From assembly GCA_902582355.1 (NCBI GenBank), contig CACHRR010000002.1, positions 92,864 through 156,863 of the forward strand: DNA of 64,000 nucleotides, written 5' to 3'. Numbering within the stretch: the stretch's first letter is position 1; the number at the start of each line of letters is the position of its first letter. Shown here in pieces: positions 48,577 to 59,036 of this stretch. This DNA comes from an uncultured SAR86 cluster bacterium. Lineage in GTDB: Bacteria > Pseudomonadota > Gammaproteobacteria > Magnimaribacterales > D2472. Position numbers and translations under genes: made by a program. The notes beneath the pieces are model-generated. The model saw nothing but the letters and a program-made list of their open reading frames with translations. It did no database searches and had not been told where the DNA came from.

Positions 48577-49437
48577 CTATGCAAATTCTAACATCAGTGA
48601 CTTTAATTTTTTAAGAGCGCTATTTTCGATTTGTCGAACTCTTTCTGCAGATATCTTGTATTCATCAGCTAAATCGTGCAGAGTTGCTTTTTCATCGGAT
48701 AAATATCTTCTTTGAAGAATATCTTTACTTCTATCATCAAGCATTTTGAGAGCAGATAATAATTCATTTTTATTAATATTTTCAGCTTGCTCTGAGGCAA
48801 CTATAACTTCAGGATCATATGTTTTATCTTCTAAGTATTGTGATGGAGACATTGCTTCATCATCATCTCCGGATGAGACAGGTGCATCAAAAGATGAATC
48901 ATTAGAAGAGAGCCTGTTTTCCATATGAAGTACATCTTTAACTTCAACGTTTAAATCAGATGCAATTTTTTCAGCTTCTTCTTTAGTAAGCCAGTCTAGA
49001 GATTTCTTTTTACTTCTAAGATTAAAAAATAGTTTTCTTTGAGCCTTTGTTGTAGCTATTTTTACAAGTCTCCAATTTTTTAGTATGTATTCATGGATCT
49101 CGGCTTTAATCCAATGAACAGCAAAAGAAACTAGCTTTACTCCTCTGTGTGGATCATATTTATCAACAGCTTTCATTAGGCCTAAATTACCTTCTTGAAT
49201 AATATCCCCGAGAGGTAATCCATATCCCTGATAGGATCTAGCAATATGAACAACAAATCTTAGATGGTGAATTACAAGTTGTCTTGCCGCGTCTAAATCA
49301 TCTTCTTCATACAATTTAAGCGCAAGCTCTTGTTCCTCTTCTTTGGAAAGAATAGGTATAGAGTGAACAGATGAAAGATATGATTCAATATCTTTGCCTG
49401 GACTATTTAATTGAGATGGTTGTAGTTGTGTGCCCAT
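48577..49437 (-). CDS. rpoH: RNA polymerase sigma-32 (heat shock)
   Basis: 286 aa with the RpoH box QRKLFFNLR, plus regions 2 and 4 (HLRFVVHIAR, YGLPLGDIIQEGNLGLMKAV, ISAERVRQIE). Confidence 0.9.
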   Translation of the reverse strand: MGTQLQPSQLNSPGKDIESYLSSVHSIPILSKEEEQELALKLYEEDDLDAARQLVIHHLRFVVHIARSYQGYGLPLGDIIQEGNLGLMKAVDKYDPHRGVKLVSFAVHWIKAEIHEYILKNWRLVKIATTKAQRKLFFNLRSKKKSLDWLTKEEAEKIASDLNVEVKDVLHMENRLSSNDSSFDAPVSSGDDDEAMSPSQYLEDKTYDPEVIVASEQAENINKNELLSALKMLDDRSKDILQRRYLSDEKATLHDLADEYKISAERVRQIENSALKKLKSLMLEFA

Positions 49438-49492
49438 AATATAAATAAAATGTATAATAAATTATATCAATAAATTATTAACGATAGAAAAA

Positions 49493-50305
49493 TTATACCA
49501 ATTTTTTAAAGAAATCTCCTAAAACTGGCAAAAAATCACTTTTTATTGATTCATTCCGAAAAGCCAAAAAATGTGGATTAAGTATTGAATCTTGTTTTGC
49601 GTAATCTAGTTCTTGTAAATCCTCAGTTTTTATAATACTACCGCCTTTACATGATAGGACTGCATGGGCTGCAGCTATATCCCACTCTGATGTTGGGCCA
49701 AATCTTGGATAAATATCTGCCAAATTATCAGCCAAACTACATAATTTCAATGAGCTACCCTTCTCGACAATCTCATAGTCTATTTTTTTTGAATCAATAT
49801 AGCTAAGAAAAGCCTTATCTCTATGGCTTTTGTGACTTTTGCTCATTACAATTCTCAACTTTTCTACTGAATCGTTTTGTACATTTACATTTTCAAAAAT
49901 TGATCCATGCCAAATTTTTCCAGTTATTGGCGCGCCGACAATACCAAATATAACCTTCTTTTTATCAATCATTGCAATATTAACAGTGAATTCTCCAGTT
50001 TTATTAATAAACTCTCTTGTTCCGTCTAATGGATCAACCAACCAATATGTTTCATCTAACTTCTTAATTAGATCATCATTGAAAGTTTCTTCTGAAATAA
50101 CTGAAATATCTTTAGATATTTTATGTAATGAGTTCAATATTATCTCATTCGATCTTTTATCCGCTATAGTTAAGGGCGAGCCATCAGATTTTTCTACTTG
50201 GCCAAAACTATCAGAATTATAAATCTTTATAATTTCATTTGAAGCAAAATTAACACATTCTTTGAGGGTATCTATATGATTATCAAAAAAAGCTTTATCT
50301 ATCAT
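49493..50305 (-). CDS. cysQ: 3'(2'),5'-bisphosphate nucleotidase CysQ / inositol monophosphatase family
   Basis: 270 aa with SEE...WLVDPLDGTREF and EWDIAAAHAV. Confidence 0.75.
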   Translation of the reverse strand: MIDKAFFDNHIDTLKECVNFASNEIIKIYNSDSFGQVEKSDGSPLTIADKRSNEIILNSLHKISKDISVISEETFNDDLIKKLDETYWLVDPLDGTREFINKTGEFTVNIAMIDKKKVIFGIVGAPITGKIWHGSIFENVNVQNDSVEKLRIVMSKSHKSHRDKAFLSYIDSKKIDYEIVEKGSSLKLCSLADNLADIYPRFGPTSEWDIAAAHAVLSCKGGSIIKTEDLQELDYAKQDSILNPHFLAFRNESIKSDFLPVLGDFFKKLV

Positions 50306-51438
50306 TTTGTTGGAATGTTACAAGTTGTGTTCTCAAGATTTTTATAATCAATTGCTTCAAGTATTTTATAATGAATATCTGTGTTATCCATTAATCCTTG
50401 AAACAGTTCTGCCCCAGGGCCATAGGACTGAAGTCCTACAGGGATTGAAGTGTGACTTCCAGTACCCCATTGAATAATAACTTTATCGGTGTCTTGCTTA
50501 AGAATCTGTAAACCACCAGTTTCATGATCAGATGCCGCTATTAATAATGTTTCATTATTTTCATTTACAAAGTTAATCAAATCTTTAATGGTTAAATCAA
50601 AATCTTTAAACTCTTCGATCATTTTATTAGCATCATTATCATGGCCAGCCCAATCTATTTGACTTCCTTCAGTCATCAAAAAGAAGCCATTACACTGCTC
50701 ATTCAAATGATTTAATGCAAAATTTGTCATTTGTCTTTGAGTTGGATTCTCATCTGATCTCACAATACCATCATCATCAAAAAGACCAATAAGCTTTTTT
50801 GAATGATCAAAATTTTGTTCCAATGAATCTTTTGTTGTTAGTAAATGATGAGTATCATTAATTTCATTCAAATCAAAAAATTTCTGTCCTCCTCCCAGAG
50901 CAATATCGATTGAAGAATTAATAAGCTGATTAGATATATCTTTATATTTGTACCTATCGTCAGTGTGAGCATATAAAGCAGCAGGTGTTGCATGAACTAC
51001 TGAAGATGTAGCAACTATGCCTGATGCATAACCCTTTTTATTAAGCATTTCTACTATGGTCTCTAATTTTGCTTTATTTGGATCTAATGCTAAATATCTA
51101 TTTTTTGTTTTATATCCAGTTGATAATGCTGTTGATGCAGCAGCCGAATCTGTATAAACATTATTAAATGAATGCGTTAAAGAGGTTCCATGGTATGGTA
51201 TTTGGTCAATGAAAAGTCTGTGATCTAAACCACCAATTGCAATTCGGGTTAAGGTTATTTGATTTGGTCCAACTCCATCTCCAATAGCAAGAATTATATT
51301 CTTAGCTTTCAGATTATCTGGAAAATCTTTAATTTCAATAAGTTCTGTTTTTTTTGAACCAATTTTAACTGACTCAGTTTGTTCTGAAAAATTACATGAT
51401 GTGATAAGAAGAATTGCAAAAACAAAAGTATATTTCAT
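50302..51438 (-). CDS. Alkaline phosphatase (PhoA family), probable lipoprotein
   Basis: 378 aa with a lipobox-like LITSC, DGVGPNQ, active-site TDSAAASTAL, and metal ligands in DWAGHDND and DHETGG. Confidence 0.8.
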   Translation of the reverse strand: MKYTFVFAILLITSCNFSEQTESVKIGSKKTELIEIKDFPDNLKAKNIILAIGDGVGPNQITLTRIAIGGLDHRLFIDQIPYHGTSLTHSFNNVYTDSAAASTALSTGYKTKNRYLALDPNKAKLETIVEMLNKKGYASGIVATSSVVHATPAALYAHTDDRYKYKDISNQLINSSIDIALGGGQKFFDLNEINDTHHLLTTKDSLEQNFDHSKKLIGLFDDDGIVRSDENPTQRQMTNFALNHLNEQCNGFFLMTEGSQIDWAGHDNDANKMIEEFKDFDLTIKDLINFVNENNETLLIAASDHETGGLQILKQDTDKVIIQWGTGSHTSIPVGLQSYGPGAELFQGLMDNTDIHYKILEAIDYKNLENTTCNIPTK

Positions 51439-51445
51439 TAGCAGA

Positions 51446-52273
51446 TTATGGATTTAAAGTTTCTTTTCTTTTTTGAATTGCTTCTTCCTCAGACTTTGGC
51501 ATTTCATCATATATAGATAATTCCCATCTTCCGTATGTTGGATTTGTAATCATAAACCATTTTGACCCCCACATATCAGAGTATTTATTGGCTAATTTTT
51601 TCCTATCAGAGTGATAGACGTAAGCTTCTTTAGTCGAGATGAAATCAGTGAGCTGATCTCCTAGTAAAAGAACTATTCTATAATTTTCAGCAATATTTTT
51701 TCTTCTTTTAGTCTTGTCTCTAACATCTTCATCTTCTCTCATAATCAAACTATTTAAGCTATCGTCAAAAGGTAACCCTAAGCTTTTTAGATTCCTAATT
51801 GTAGGCTCTCTAAACGACTCAAGCCTATTGGTTACATAGAAAATTTTAACGTTACTTTCATTAGCATAGTGAAGGAATTCATATACACCTTCAACTGCAG
51901 TTGCCTTTGATTCATTGACCCATTTAGCCCATCCATTTGGATACGATAATCCTGATAATATCGTTCTAGATTGAAAAGATGAATTATCTAGAACCGTTTC
52001 GTCGACATCAATAATTATTGCAGGATCTTTGCTGATGAAATTATCTTTTTGTTCTAACGCCGCAGTCCATGTTTTGTCTTTAAGAGCCATGTCTAGTGCT
52101 TTTGAAGCATTATTGAATGTTTGGATATTATTTGCTGCGAATTCTGTCGAGGTTTGAACATAAAGTACAGATAACATAGATTGCTCTTGAAATAATTTAT
52201 CCTTTTCAGAGGCATAAGAATATTCGTAAGTTAAAGTAATTAATAATAAAAATATAAGCTTTAGTGATTTCAT
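51446..52273 (-). CDS. HAD-superfamily class B/C acid phosphatase, e(P4)-like 5'-nucleotidase
   Basis: 275 aa with a signal peptide, the DDDD-type motif IIDVDETVLDNS, and YVTNR...GDQLTDF. Confidence 0.7.
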   Translation of the reverse strand: MKSLKLIFLLLITLTYEYSYASEKDKLFQEQSMLSVLYVQTSTEFAANNIQTFNNASKALDMALKDKTWTAALEQKDNFISKDPAIIIDVDETVLDNSSFQSRTILSGLSYPNGWAKWVNESKATAVEGVYEFLHYANESNVKIFYVTNRLESFREPTIRNLKSLGLPFDDSLNSLIMREDEDVRDKTKRRKNIAENYRIVLLLGDQLTDFISTKEAYVYHSDRKKLANKYSDMWGSKWFMITNPTYGRWELSIYDEMPKSEEEAIQKRKETLNP

Positions 52274-52323
52274 TGTTCAAGAGCATTATAATGCCTTGTT
52301 ATAATTAAGTTAAAAATTTATTT

Positions 52324-52485
52324 ATGAATAACAAAATAATAGAAAATTTAGAGACATTAAAAAAAATGCTTGTCCTTTTAAGCGAGGAGAGAAAAGTTGT
52401 TTTGTCTCATCACAAAACATTCGAACATGTTGAAAAAATGAGATCGATTGTTAATGAATCAATAGAAATGGCGAATAAATCATGA
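52324..52485 (+). CDS. Small helical ORF (53 aa), translationally coupled to the enoyl-CoA hydratase gene
   Basis: Manual translation gives MNNKIIENLETLKKMLVLLSEERKVVLSHHKTFEHVEKMRSIVNESIEMANKS. Its TGA overlaps the next ATG (ATGA). No SD and no family recognised. Confidence 0.3.
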   Translation: MNNKIIENLETLKKMLVLLSEERKVVLSHHKTFEHVEKMRSIVNESIEMANKS

Positions 52486-53348
52486 AAAATAGTAAATATA
52501 AATGCTTCGAACTCAATATATCAGATAATATAGCAAATCTAGTTTTATCAAGGCCCAACGAGCTTAATACTATGTCCAGAGATTTCTGGGTTGAGCTTGG
52601 AGAAATACAAGAAGAAATTAATAGAAATTCTGATATTAGAGTTGTCGTTATGTCATCAACTGGTAAACATTTTTGTGCCGGTATGGACTTGAGTGCCTTT
52701 TCAAACGGAGTCGAAGATATTCCTGATGATAAAAAACCCGACAATGCAAGAATTGGGGAAGCTTTGTACAGAGTCGCAAAAGAGCTTCAAGGATACATAA
52801 GTAATTTGGAAAAAATTAGAGTTCCTGTCATTGCAGCTATTCAAGGTGGATGTATTGGAGGTGCTGTCGATATGATTACGGCATGTGACATTAGGTTTGC
52901 TTCAAAGGAAGCTTTTTTCTGTATACAAGAAATTAATATTGGTATGGCAGCAGATGTAGGAACTCTTCAAAGACTACCCAAAATTATTCCTGATTCAAAA
53001 ATGAGAGAAATGGCATATACAGGTAGAAGAATGTATGCCGAAGAGGCTAAAGAATCTGGCTTAATAAGTAACATGTATGAAACTCAAAAAGAAATGCTCG
53101 ATGGTGCTAATAAATTAGCAAAAGAAATAGCATCAAAATCTCCATTGGCTATATACGGACTTAAAGCAGTAATGAATTTCTCACGAGATCATACTGTAGC
53201 TGATAGTCTTGAATACAATGCTCTATGGAGTGGTGCAATGCTAAGTCAAAAAGACATGACAGAAGCCATAACTGCTAATATGGAAAAAAGAGATGCATCC
53301 TTTGACAGTATGGTTGATATTAAAAAGTTTAATGAATCAAGCTCTTAG
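52482..53348 (+). CDS. Enoyl-CoA hydratase/isomerase-family protein (dienoyl-CoA isomerase-like)
   Basis: 288 aa crotonase fold with GKHFCAGMDL and GGCIGGAVDMITACDIRFAS. Confidence 0.8.
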   Translation: MKNSKYKCFELNISDNIANLVLSRPNELNTMSRDFWVELGEIQEEINRNSDIRVVVMSSTGKHFCAGMDLSAFSNGVEDIPDDKKPDNARIGEALYRVAKELQGYISNLEKIRVPVIAAIQGGCIGGAVDMITACDIRFASKEAFFCIQEINIGMAADVGTLQRLPKIIPDSKMREMAYTGRRMYAEEAKESGLISNMYETQKEMLDGANKLAKEIASKSPLAIYGLKAVMNFSRDHTVADSLEYNALWSGAMLSQKDMTEAITANMEKRDASFDSMVDIKKFNESSS

Positions 53349-54115
53349 GGCTTTCTTAAAAATACAGGAACAGTTGGTGTTGAATCAGTTTTTGAGTACT
53401 TATATCCATCTAAATCAAATTCATATAAGTCTTCAAAATCGGTAACTTTATTTTGAATAATCCATCTTGCCATTAAACCTCTTGCTTTTTTTGCGTAGAA
53501 GCTAATGATTTTATATTTACCATTCTTATAATCTTTGAAAGTTGGAGTAACTATATTTACTTCTCCAGGTAATTTGCCAAGAACGGTAAAGTATTCTTTC
53601 GAAGCTAAATTAATTAAAAGATCAGACTTTTGGTTAGTTAATTCATCTAATATGTTTTTTTGTACTTTATTACCCCAAAATTCATACAGATTCTTTCCTT
53701 GTGAAGTTTCTAACTTAGTTCCCATTTCTAATCTATATGGCTTCATTACATCTAATGGTCTTAAAATCCCGTATAACCCTGATAAAATTCTTATATGTTT
53801 TTGAGCAAACTTCATTTCAGCTTTGCTTAAGATTTCCGCTTGAAGTCCTTGATAAACATCACCTTTAAAAACTAACATTGAGGGCTTAGAATCAGCAGAA
53901 ACTTTTTTAGATGGTGACCATGATTGATATCTATCATAGTTAAGAGTTGCAAGTTTATCACTAAGTCCCATAAGTGATGCTATATCCTTGGGTTCTTTCT
54001 CTTTTAGTTCACTAATAAGTTTAGATGACTGATTTAAAAATGCAGGAACAGAATATTCATTTGATGCATCAAATTCGTAATCAAGTGTTTTTGCTGGAGA
54101 AAGTACTATAATCAT
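53345..54115 (-). CDS. yaaA: Peroxide-stress protein YaaA (UPF0246)
   Basis: 256 aa. The N-terminus MIIVLSPAKTLDY parallels E. coli YaaA MLILISPAKTLDY. Confidence 0.85.
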   Translation of the reverse strand: MIIVLSPAKTLDYEFDASNEYSVPAFLNQSSKLISELKEKEPKDIASLMGLSDKLATLNYDRYQSWSPSKKVSADSKPSMLVFKGDVYQGLQAEILSKAEMKFAQKHIRILSGLYGILRPLDVMKPYRLEMGTKLETSQGKNLYEFWGNKVQKNILDELTNQKSDLLINLASKEYFTVLGKLPGEVNIVTPTFKDYKNGKYKIISFYAKKARGLMARWIIQNKVTDFEDLYEFDLDGYKYSKTDSTPTVPVFLRKP

Positions 54116-54152
54116 TGCTGTATTCTAAGGATATCATGAGGCTTATTCAATA

Positions 54153-54623
54153 ATGTATATAGAAAAAATGATAAATTCTTTTGGAAAATTCATATCATTG
54201 ATGATTCCTGTCATGACAATATTAATGATAGTGATAATAGTGGCTAGATATTTCTTTGGTGTTGGTTTAACCGGACTTCAGGAGCTGGTGATGTACATAC
54301 ATGCTTTAATTTTTCTTGGTTGTGCTGGCTACGTTCATTATAAGAATGAGCATGTAAGGGTAGATATTTTTTATAGAGAATCGTCAAATTTGTATAAAAA
54401 AAATATTAATTATTTCTTAAGTCTAGTTTTCCTAATTCCAGTTTGTTTTATTATTGGTTACTACTCAATAGAATTAATTGAGATGTCTTGGAGGATAAAA
54501 GAAGTTTCTACAGAGGCAGGTGGTTTAAACTATGTGTATCTTCAAAAAACACTAATTATCCTTTTTCCAATAACTATACTATCGACTTATTTCTATCAAC
54601 TATTGAGTGACAAATGGAAATAA
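54153..54623 (+). CDS. TRAP transporter small permease (DctQ-type)
   Basis: 156 aa with four TM helices. It lies immediately upstream of and overlaps the DctM-type gene. Confidence 0.7.
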   Translation: MYIEKMINSFGKFISLMIPVMTILMIVIIVARYFFGVGLTGLQELVMYIHALIFLGCAGYVHYKNEHVRVDIFYRESSNLYKKNINYFLSLVFLIPVCFIIGYYSIELIEMSWRIKEVSTEAGGLNYVYLQKTLIILFPITILSTYFYQLLSDKWK

Positions 54624-55951
54624 TACCTCTTCTGCTACTTACATTAATTTGTACAACATTGTTATTAGGATATCCTGTAGCTTTTACTTTAGCAGGAGTA
54701 TCAATTTTATTTGCATTGATTTGTGTTCCTCTGGGAATTTTTGATCCAACTATTTTTAAAAGCATCCCAATCAGAATTTTTGGAATTATGAATAATGTAA
54801 CATTGCTTGCAGTTCCTCTATTTATTTTTATGGGAACAATTCTTGAGAAATCAGGCGTTGCAGCAAAGATGCTTGAAAATATGGCAAAGGCTTTTAAAGG
54901 TATTAGGGGGGGATTGTCTGTATCTATAATTATTGTTGGTGCTTTACTTGCAGCAAGTACAGGCATTGTAGGTGCAACTGTTGTAACAATGGGTTTGATG
55001 TCTTTGCCTATCTTAATTAGCCAAGGGTATGAAAAAAGCTTTTCTACCGGATTGGTGGCCTCAACAGGAACCCTAGGACAAATCATACCCCCATCAATTG
55101 CTCTAGTTTTGCTTGGCGATGTTATGTCTAGTGCTTATCAAAGGGCACAAAATAATATGGGTATATTTTCACAACAAACTGTAACAGTAGGAGATCTTTT
55201 TATTGGTGCTATTGTTCCTGGAATAATGATATGCGTTGGATATCTTATATATACAATTTATAAAAATGGTAATAATAAAAATATAAAGGTTTATTTAAAT
55301 GGGCAATCTGTTGAAAAAATTGAATTACTTAAAACGTTAGCACTTCCAATAATTTTAATTTTTCTTGTGCTAGGCTCAATATTTGCAGGTATTGCAACAC
55401 CGACTGAGGCCGCAGCTATTGGAGCTTTTGGTGCTCTAGTAATTGCTTTAATTAACAAAAAAATTAATCTTAGTTTTTTAAAAGAAACTTCTGAAAAAAC
55501 AGCAATTGTTTCTACAATGATTTTTACAATTTTGATAGGAGCTTCAATTTTTTCTTTAATATTTAGAGGTGTTGGAGGAGATGAACTGATTGATCTTATT
55601 TTTAATTCTATCCCTGGAGGTAATTACACTGCCTTAATATTTGTCCTGATAATTATATTTTTACTTGGATTTATTCTTGATTTTATTGAAATATGCTATG
55701 TTATCGTCCCATTCGTAGCCCCACCACTTTTAATGATGGGTTTTGATCCAGTTTGGCTAGCAATATTATTTGCAATAAATTTACAAACATCATTTTTAAC
55801 ACCGCCTTTTGGATTTTCTTTATTTTATTTAAGAGGAGTTGCAGATGAATCAATACAAACCAATGAGATTTATAGGGGTGTAATGCCTTTTATATTTATT
55901 CAATTATTGATTCTTGCTATAGTTGTCATGTTTCCAACAATTATAATTTAA
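54614..55951 (+). CDS. TRAP transporter large permease (DctM-type)
   Basis: 445 aa with about 12 TM helices. LLAVPLFIFMG and the GxxG-rich helices are typical of DctM. Confidence 0.85.
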   Translation: MEIIPLLLLTLICTTLLLGYPVAFTLAGVSILFALICVPLGIFDPTIFKSIPIRIFGIMNNVTLLAVPLFIFMGTILEKSGVAAKMLENMAKAFKGIRGGLSVSIIIVGALLAASTGIVGATVVTMGLMSLPILISQGYEKSFSTGLVASTGTLGQIIPPSIALVLLGDVMSSAYQRAQNNMGIFSQQTVTVGDLFIGAIVPGIMICVGYLIYTIYKNGNNKNIKVYLNGQSVEKIELLKTLALPIILIFLVLGSIFAGIATPTEAAAIGAFGALVIALINKKINLSFLKETSEKTAIVSTMIFTILIGASIFSLIFRGVGGDELIDLIFNSIPGGNYTALIFVLIIIFLLGFILDFIEICYVIVPFVAPPLLMMGFDPVWLAILFAINLQTSFLTPPFGFSLFYLRGVADESIQTNEIYRGVMPFIFIQLLILAIVVMFPTIII

Positions 55952-56319
55952 TCAAGCAAAGGATTTCTTCCCCATTTATTTTCATCTTCTTTTGCTGGCA
56001 ACATAAATATTATGATTAGTACAGGTATAGCTATAATAGTCAATTGTAATAACTGCCACCATCCAGAGATTCCCCTATCTTGTAACCTTCTAGATGTAAG
56101 TGATATTGAGGGAATAATAACGATAATTTGAAAAATTAGTGTGAGTGGTCCGTAACCAATTTCGGTATTATATATGCCTAATAAAACCTCAAATATTGTA
56201 AGGATGAAAGCAATTAGAAATACAGATAAAAGAAAATACCAATACTCGCTTCTGCAGGCTCTTCCACTAAAATTATTCCAATTTGAAAAAACCGATATAA
56301 ATGATTGTTTCATATTCAT
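55948..56319 (-). CDS. DUF805-family inner-membrane protein
   Basis: 123 aa with FSGRACRSEYWYF, then TM helices and RRLQDRGISGWW. Confidence 0.7.
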   Translation of the reverse strand: MNMKQSFISVFSNWNNFSGRACRSEYWYFLLSVFLIAFILTIFEVLLGIYNTEIGYGPLTLIFQIIVIIPSISLTSRRLQDRGISGWWQLLQLTIIAIPVLIIIFMLPAKEDENKWGRNPLLD

Positions 56320-56382
56320 ATGAAAATATTAATTTAAAAAAATCTATCTTTGAATTTTTAAAGTGTATCAATAATATACATA

Positions 56383-57345
56383 TTAAAGGCCTGCATTATT
56401 TTTTTGTAATACTCTTTCAGCTCTATAGCTGGATCTCACCATTGGGCCAGAAACCACTTCAAGAAAACCTTTTTTAAGGCCTATAATTCTATATTTTTCA
56501 AACTCCTCAGGTTTTACCCATCTTTCAATTGGATGATGGTTAACAGTCGGCCTTAAATATTGTCCTATAGTTAAAACGTCAACTTTATTCTCAATAAGAT
56601 CGTCCATGGTATTGTATATTTCCGAGTCGGTTTCTCCAAGCCCAAGAATTATGCTAGTTTTGGTCAAAACTTCTGAATTAATGCGCTTTGATTCTGCTAA
56701 AACGTCTAATGTTTGTTGATACCCAGCTCTAGTATCTCGTACCTGATGAGTTAATCTTTCAACTGTTTCAATATTTTGAGCAAAAACCTCTATGCCACAA
56801 TTGACCAAAATATTTATTGAAGAAGATAATCCTTTAAAATCAGGTGTTAACGCCTCTACTGCGGTGTGTGGATTTAATTTTTTTATTAGCTTTACTGTTT
56901 CTGCAAAATGTTGAGCTCCTCCATCAGATAGATCGTCTCTGTTGACTGATGTCAAAACAACATATTTTAATTTCATTATTTCAACAGCTTTTGCTGTATT
57001 GATAGGCTCATCTTTATCAAGCCAACCATTTGGATTACCTGTATCAACGGAGCAAAATTTGCATGCTCTAGTACAAACTGACCCCATCAACATAAAGGTT
57101 GCTGTTCCAGCTGACCAACATTCACTTATATTTGGACAATGAGCTTCTTCACAAACTGTATAAAGTTTTTTAGTTTGAATCTGCTTTTTAATTTTATGGA
57201 AATTCGGATTAAATTCAGCCTTTACTTTTAGCCATCTTGGTTTTTTTGGAGTTGGAATAGTAGAATATTTATTAGATTTTTGTCCATTTTTAATGGCTTT
57301 AATTCCATCTCTGTTTATGTGTTTAATTGAGGTAATAATTTCCAT
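56383..57345 (-). CDS. lipA: Lipoyl synthase
   Basis: 320 aa with the auxiliary cluster [12 protein letters not shown] and the radical-SAM motif CTRACKFC. Confidence 0.9.
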   Translation of the reverse strand: MEIITSIKHINRDGIKAIKNGQKSNKYSTIPTPKKPRWLKVKAEFNPNFHKIKKQIQTKKLYTVCEEAHCPNISECWSAGTATFMLMGSVCTRACKFCSVDTGNPNGWLDKDEPINTAKAVEIMKLKYVVLTSVNRDDLSDGGAQHFAETVKLIKKLNPHTAVEALTPDFKGLSSSINILVNCGIEVFAQNIETVERLTHQVRDTRAGYQQTLDVLAESKRINSEVLTKTSIILGLGETDSEIYNTMDDLIENKVDVLTIGQYLRPTVNHHPIERWVKPEEFEKYRIIGLKKGFLEVVSGPMVRSSYRAERVLQKNNAGL

Positions 57346-57348
57346 TTT

Positions 57349-57951
57349 TTAAAGTGTTTTTTTTAAAATATCTATTACAGATTTTTGCAATTGTAATTTA
57401 GAAATGTTTTTATTTAAATCCTTAATTTGGGTTACTTCGAGGCCTTTGTAACCGCATGGGTTAATTAACTTAAACGGCTTTAGATCCATATCAAAATTAA
57501 TACTAATGCCATGATATGATTTTCCTTTTGATATTCTTAAACCTATGGATGCAATTTTTTTATCATCAACATATACCCCAGGAGCACCTTCAATAAAATA
57601 ACTTTCTATTGATATTTGAATGAGAAGTTCTTTAATAAAATTTTGAATAGTTAAAACTAATTTCTTTGGACTAAAATTCAATTTCTTTATATCTAAAAGA
57701 AAGTAAATAACTAGTTGTCCTGGTCCATGATAAGTAACCTCTCCCCCTCTATCTGAATGAACAATAGGTATATTTTTTGAGTTAATAATGTGACTTTTGT
57801 CTGCGGCAGTTCCAAGTGTAAAAATTGGTGGATGCTCAAGAAGCCAAATTTCATTTTTAAATTTTTCTTGTTTGATATGATGCTTCATTGCCTGAAGAGT
57901 TTCATGGTAATTTACAATTCCAAGAGATTTAAAAGTTAAATCAGTTAACAC
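57349..57951 (-). CDS. lipB: Octanoyltransferase
   Basis: 200 aa with a GTG start sharing 1 nt with the upstream stop, RGGEVTYHGPGQLV and PCGY. Confidence 0.85.
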   Translation of the reverse strand: MLTDLTFKSLGIVNYHETLQAMKHHIKQEKFKNEIWLLEHPPIFTLGTAADKSHIINSKNIPIVHSDRGGEVTYHGPGQLVIYFLLDIKKLNFSPKKLVLTIQNFIKELLIQISIESYFIEGAPGVYVDDKKIASIGLRISKGKSYHGISINFDMDLKPFKLINPCGYKGLEVTQIKDLNKNISKLQLQKSVIDILKKTL

Positions 57952-59036
57952 TAATTATTTCTTGCCTCAACAAAGGCATCCTCTGAAACCTTGTGATATG
58001 CAGATACCTCTTCTTTAAATTGTTTGTAAGATTGATAAACCCTATTTACCAATTCATCTTTCGCTGCATTTTCCTCAAGGATTTGATTTGATATAACCTT
58101 AAATTCAGCAATTACATCATCGGGAAGTTTTCGTAATTCGACACCATGCACATCAACTAATTGCCTTAAAGCTTGATTATTTTTAGCGGTATATTCATCC
58201 AATATATCTTGATTAACTGCTTTAGCTGCAGTGTCTATAATCACTTGTAAATGTCTAGGTAATGAATCCCATTCTTTTTTATTTATTAGGAGTTCTAGCA
58301 TTGATCCTGGTTCGTGCCATCCAGGATAATAATAAAATTTAGCTGCTTGGTGAAATCCAAATGTTAAATCATTGTAAGGACCAACCCATTCTGTTGCATC
58401 AATTACTCCCGTTTGAAGTGCAGTAAAAAGCTCTCCACCAGGTAAAGTTACAGGTATGCCTCCTGCTCTTTTTAGAACTTCACCACCGATTCCAGGAATT
58501 CTCATTTTAAGGCCTTTTATATCATCCAAAGAATTTATTTCTTTATTAAACCACCCAAACATTTGAGTACCAGTATTACCAGCAGGAATTGGATAAATAT
58601 TAAAAGGTTCATATATTTCTCTCCATAACTCAATTCCACCGCCTCTATTTGTCCAAGCATTAATTTCGTCTGCTGTCAGTCCAAATGGTACTCCAGTAAA
58701 AAATTGTGCAGCTGGCGCTTTGCCTTTCCAAAAATATCCTCCACTATGACCCATTTGATGAGATCCACTTGATACAGCATCAAAAACTCCAAAGGCAGGC
58801 ACTTGTTCACCTGCGCCATAAACGGTAATTTTCATCTGACCATTACTCATTTCTTCAACTAAATTTGCTATACGCTCCGGAGCCATTCCGAGCCCTGGAT
58901 AGTTTTTAGGCCATGCTGTAACTAAACGCCACTCATAGTTTTTTTCTATTTTAGTTTCCGTATCTTTTTCTTGTTCAATATTTGAACAACTTGACACAAA
59001 AATTAAGAACGATATTAATATAGATTGTTTTTTCAT
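57951..59036 (-). CDS. TRAP transporter substrate-binding protein (DctP-type), probable lipoprotein
   Basis: The ATG at 59036 gives MKKQSILISFLIFVSSCS (lipobox) and an ATGA overlap with the uvrD stop. The mature part (WRLVTAWPKN...) is DctP-like. Confidence 0.8.
   Translation of the reverse strand: MKKQSILISFLIFVSSCSNIEQEKDTETKIEKNYEWRLVTAWPKNYPGLGMAPERIANLVEEMSNGQMKITVYGAGEQVPAFGVFDAVSSGSHQMGHSGGYFWKGKAPAAQFFTGVPFGLTADEINAWTNRGGGIELWREIYEPFNIYPIPAGNTGTQMFGWFNKEINSLDDIKGLKMRIPGIGGEVLKRAGGIPVTLPGGELFTALQTGVIDATEWVGPYNDLTFGFHQAAKFYYYPGWHEPGSMLELLINKKEWDSLPRHLQVIIDTAAKAVNQDILDEYTAKNNQALRQLVDVHGVELRKLPDDVIAEFKVISNQILEENAAKDELVNRVYQSYKQFKEEVSAYHKVSEDAFVEARNN

Noticed and set aside
52274-52323. 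Search for a Pho box (CTGTCAT repeats) upstream of the phosphatase operon.
   Set aside because: No such motif is present, only two TTATAAT -10-like repeats.
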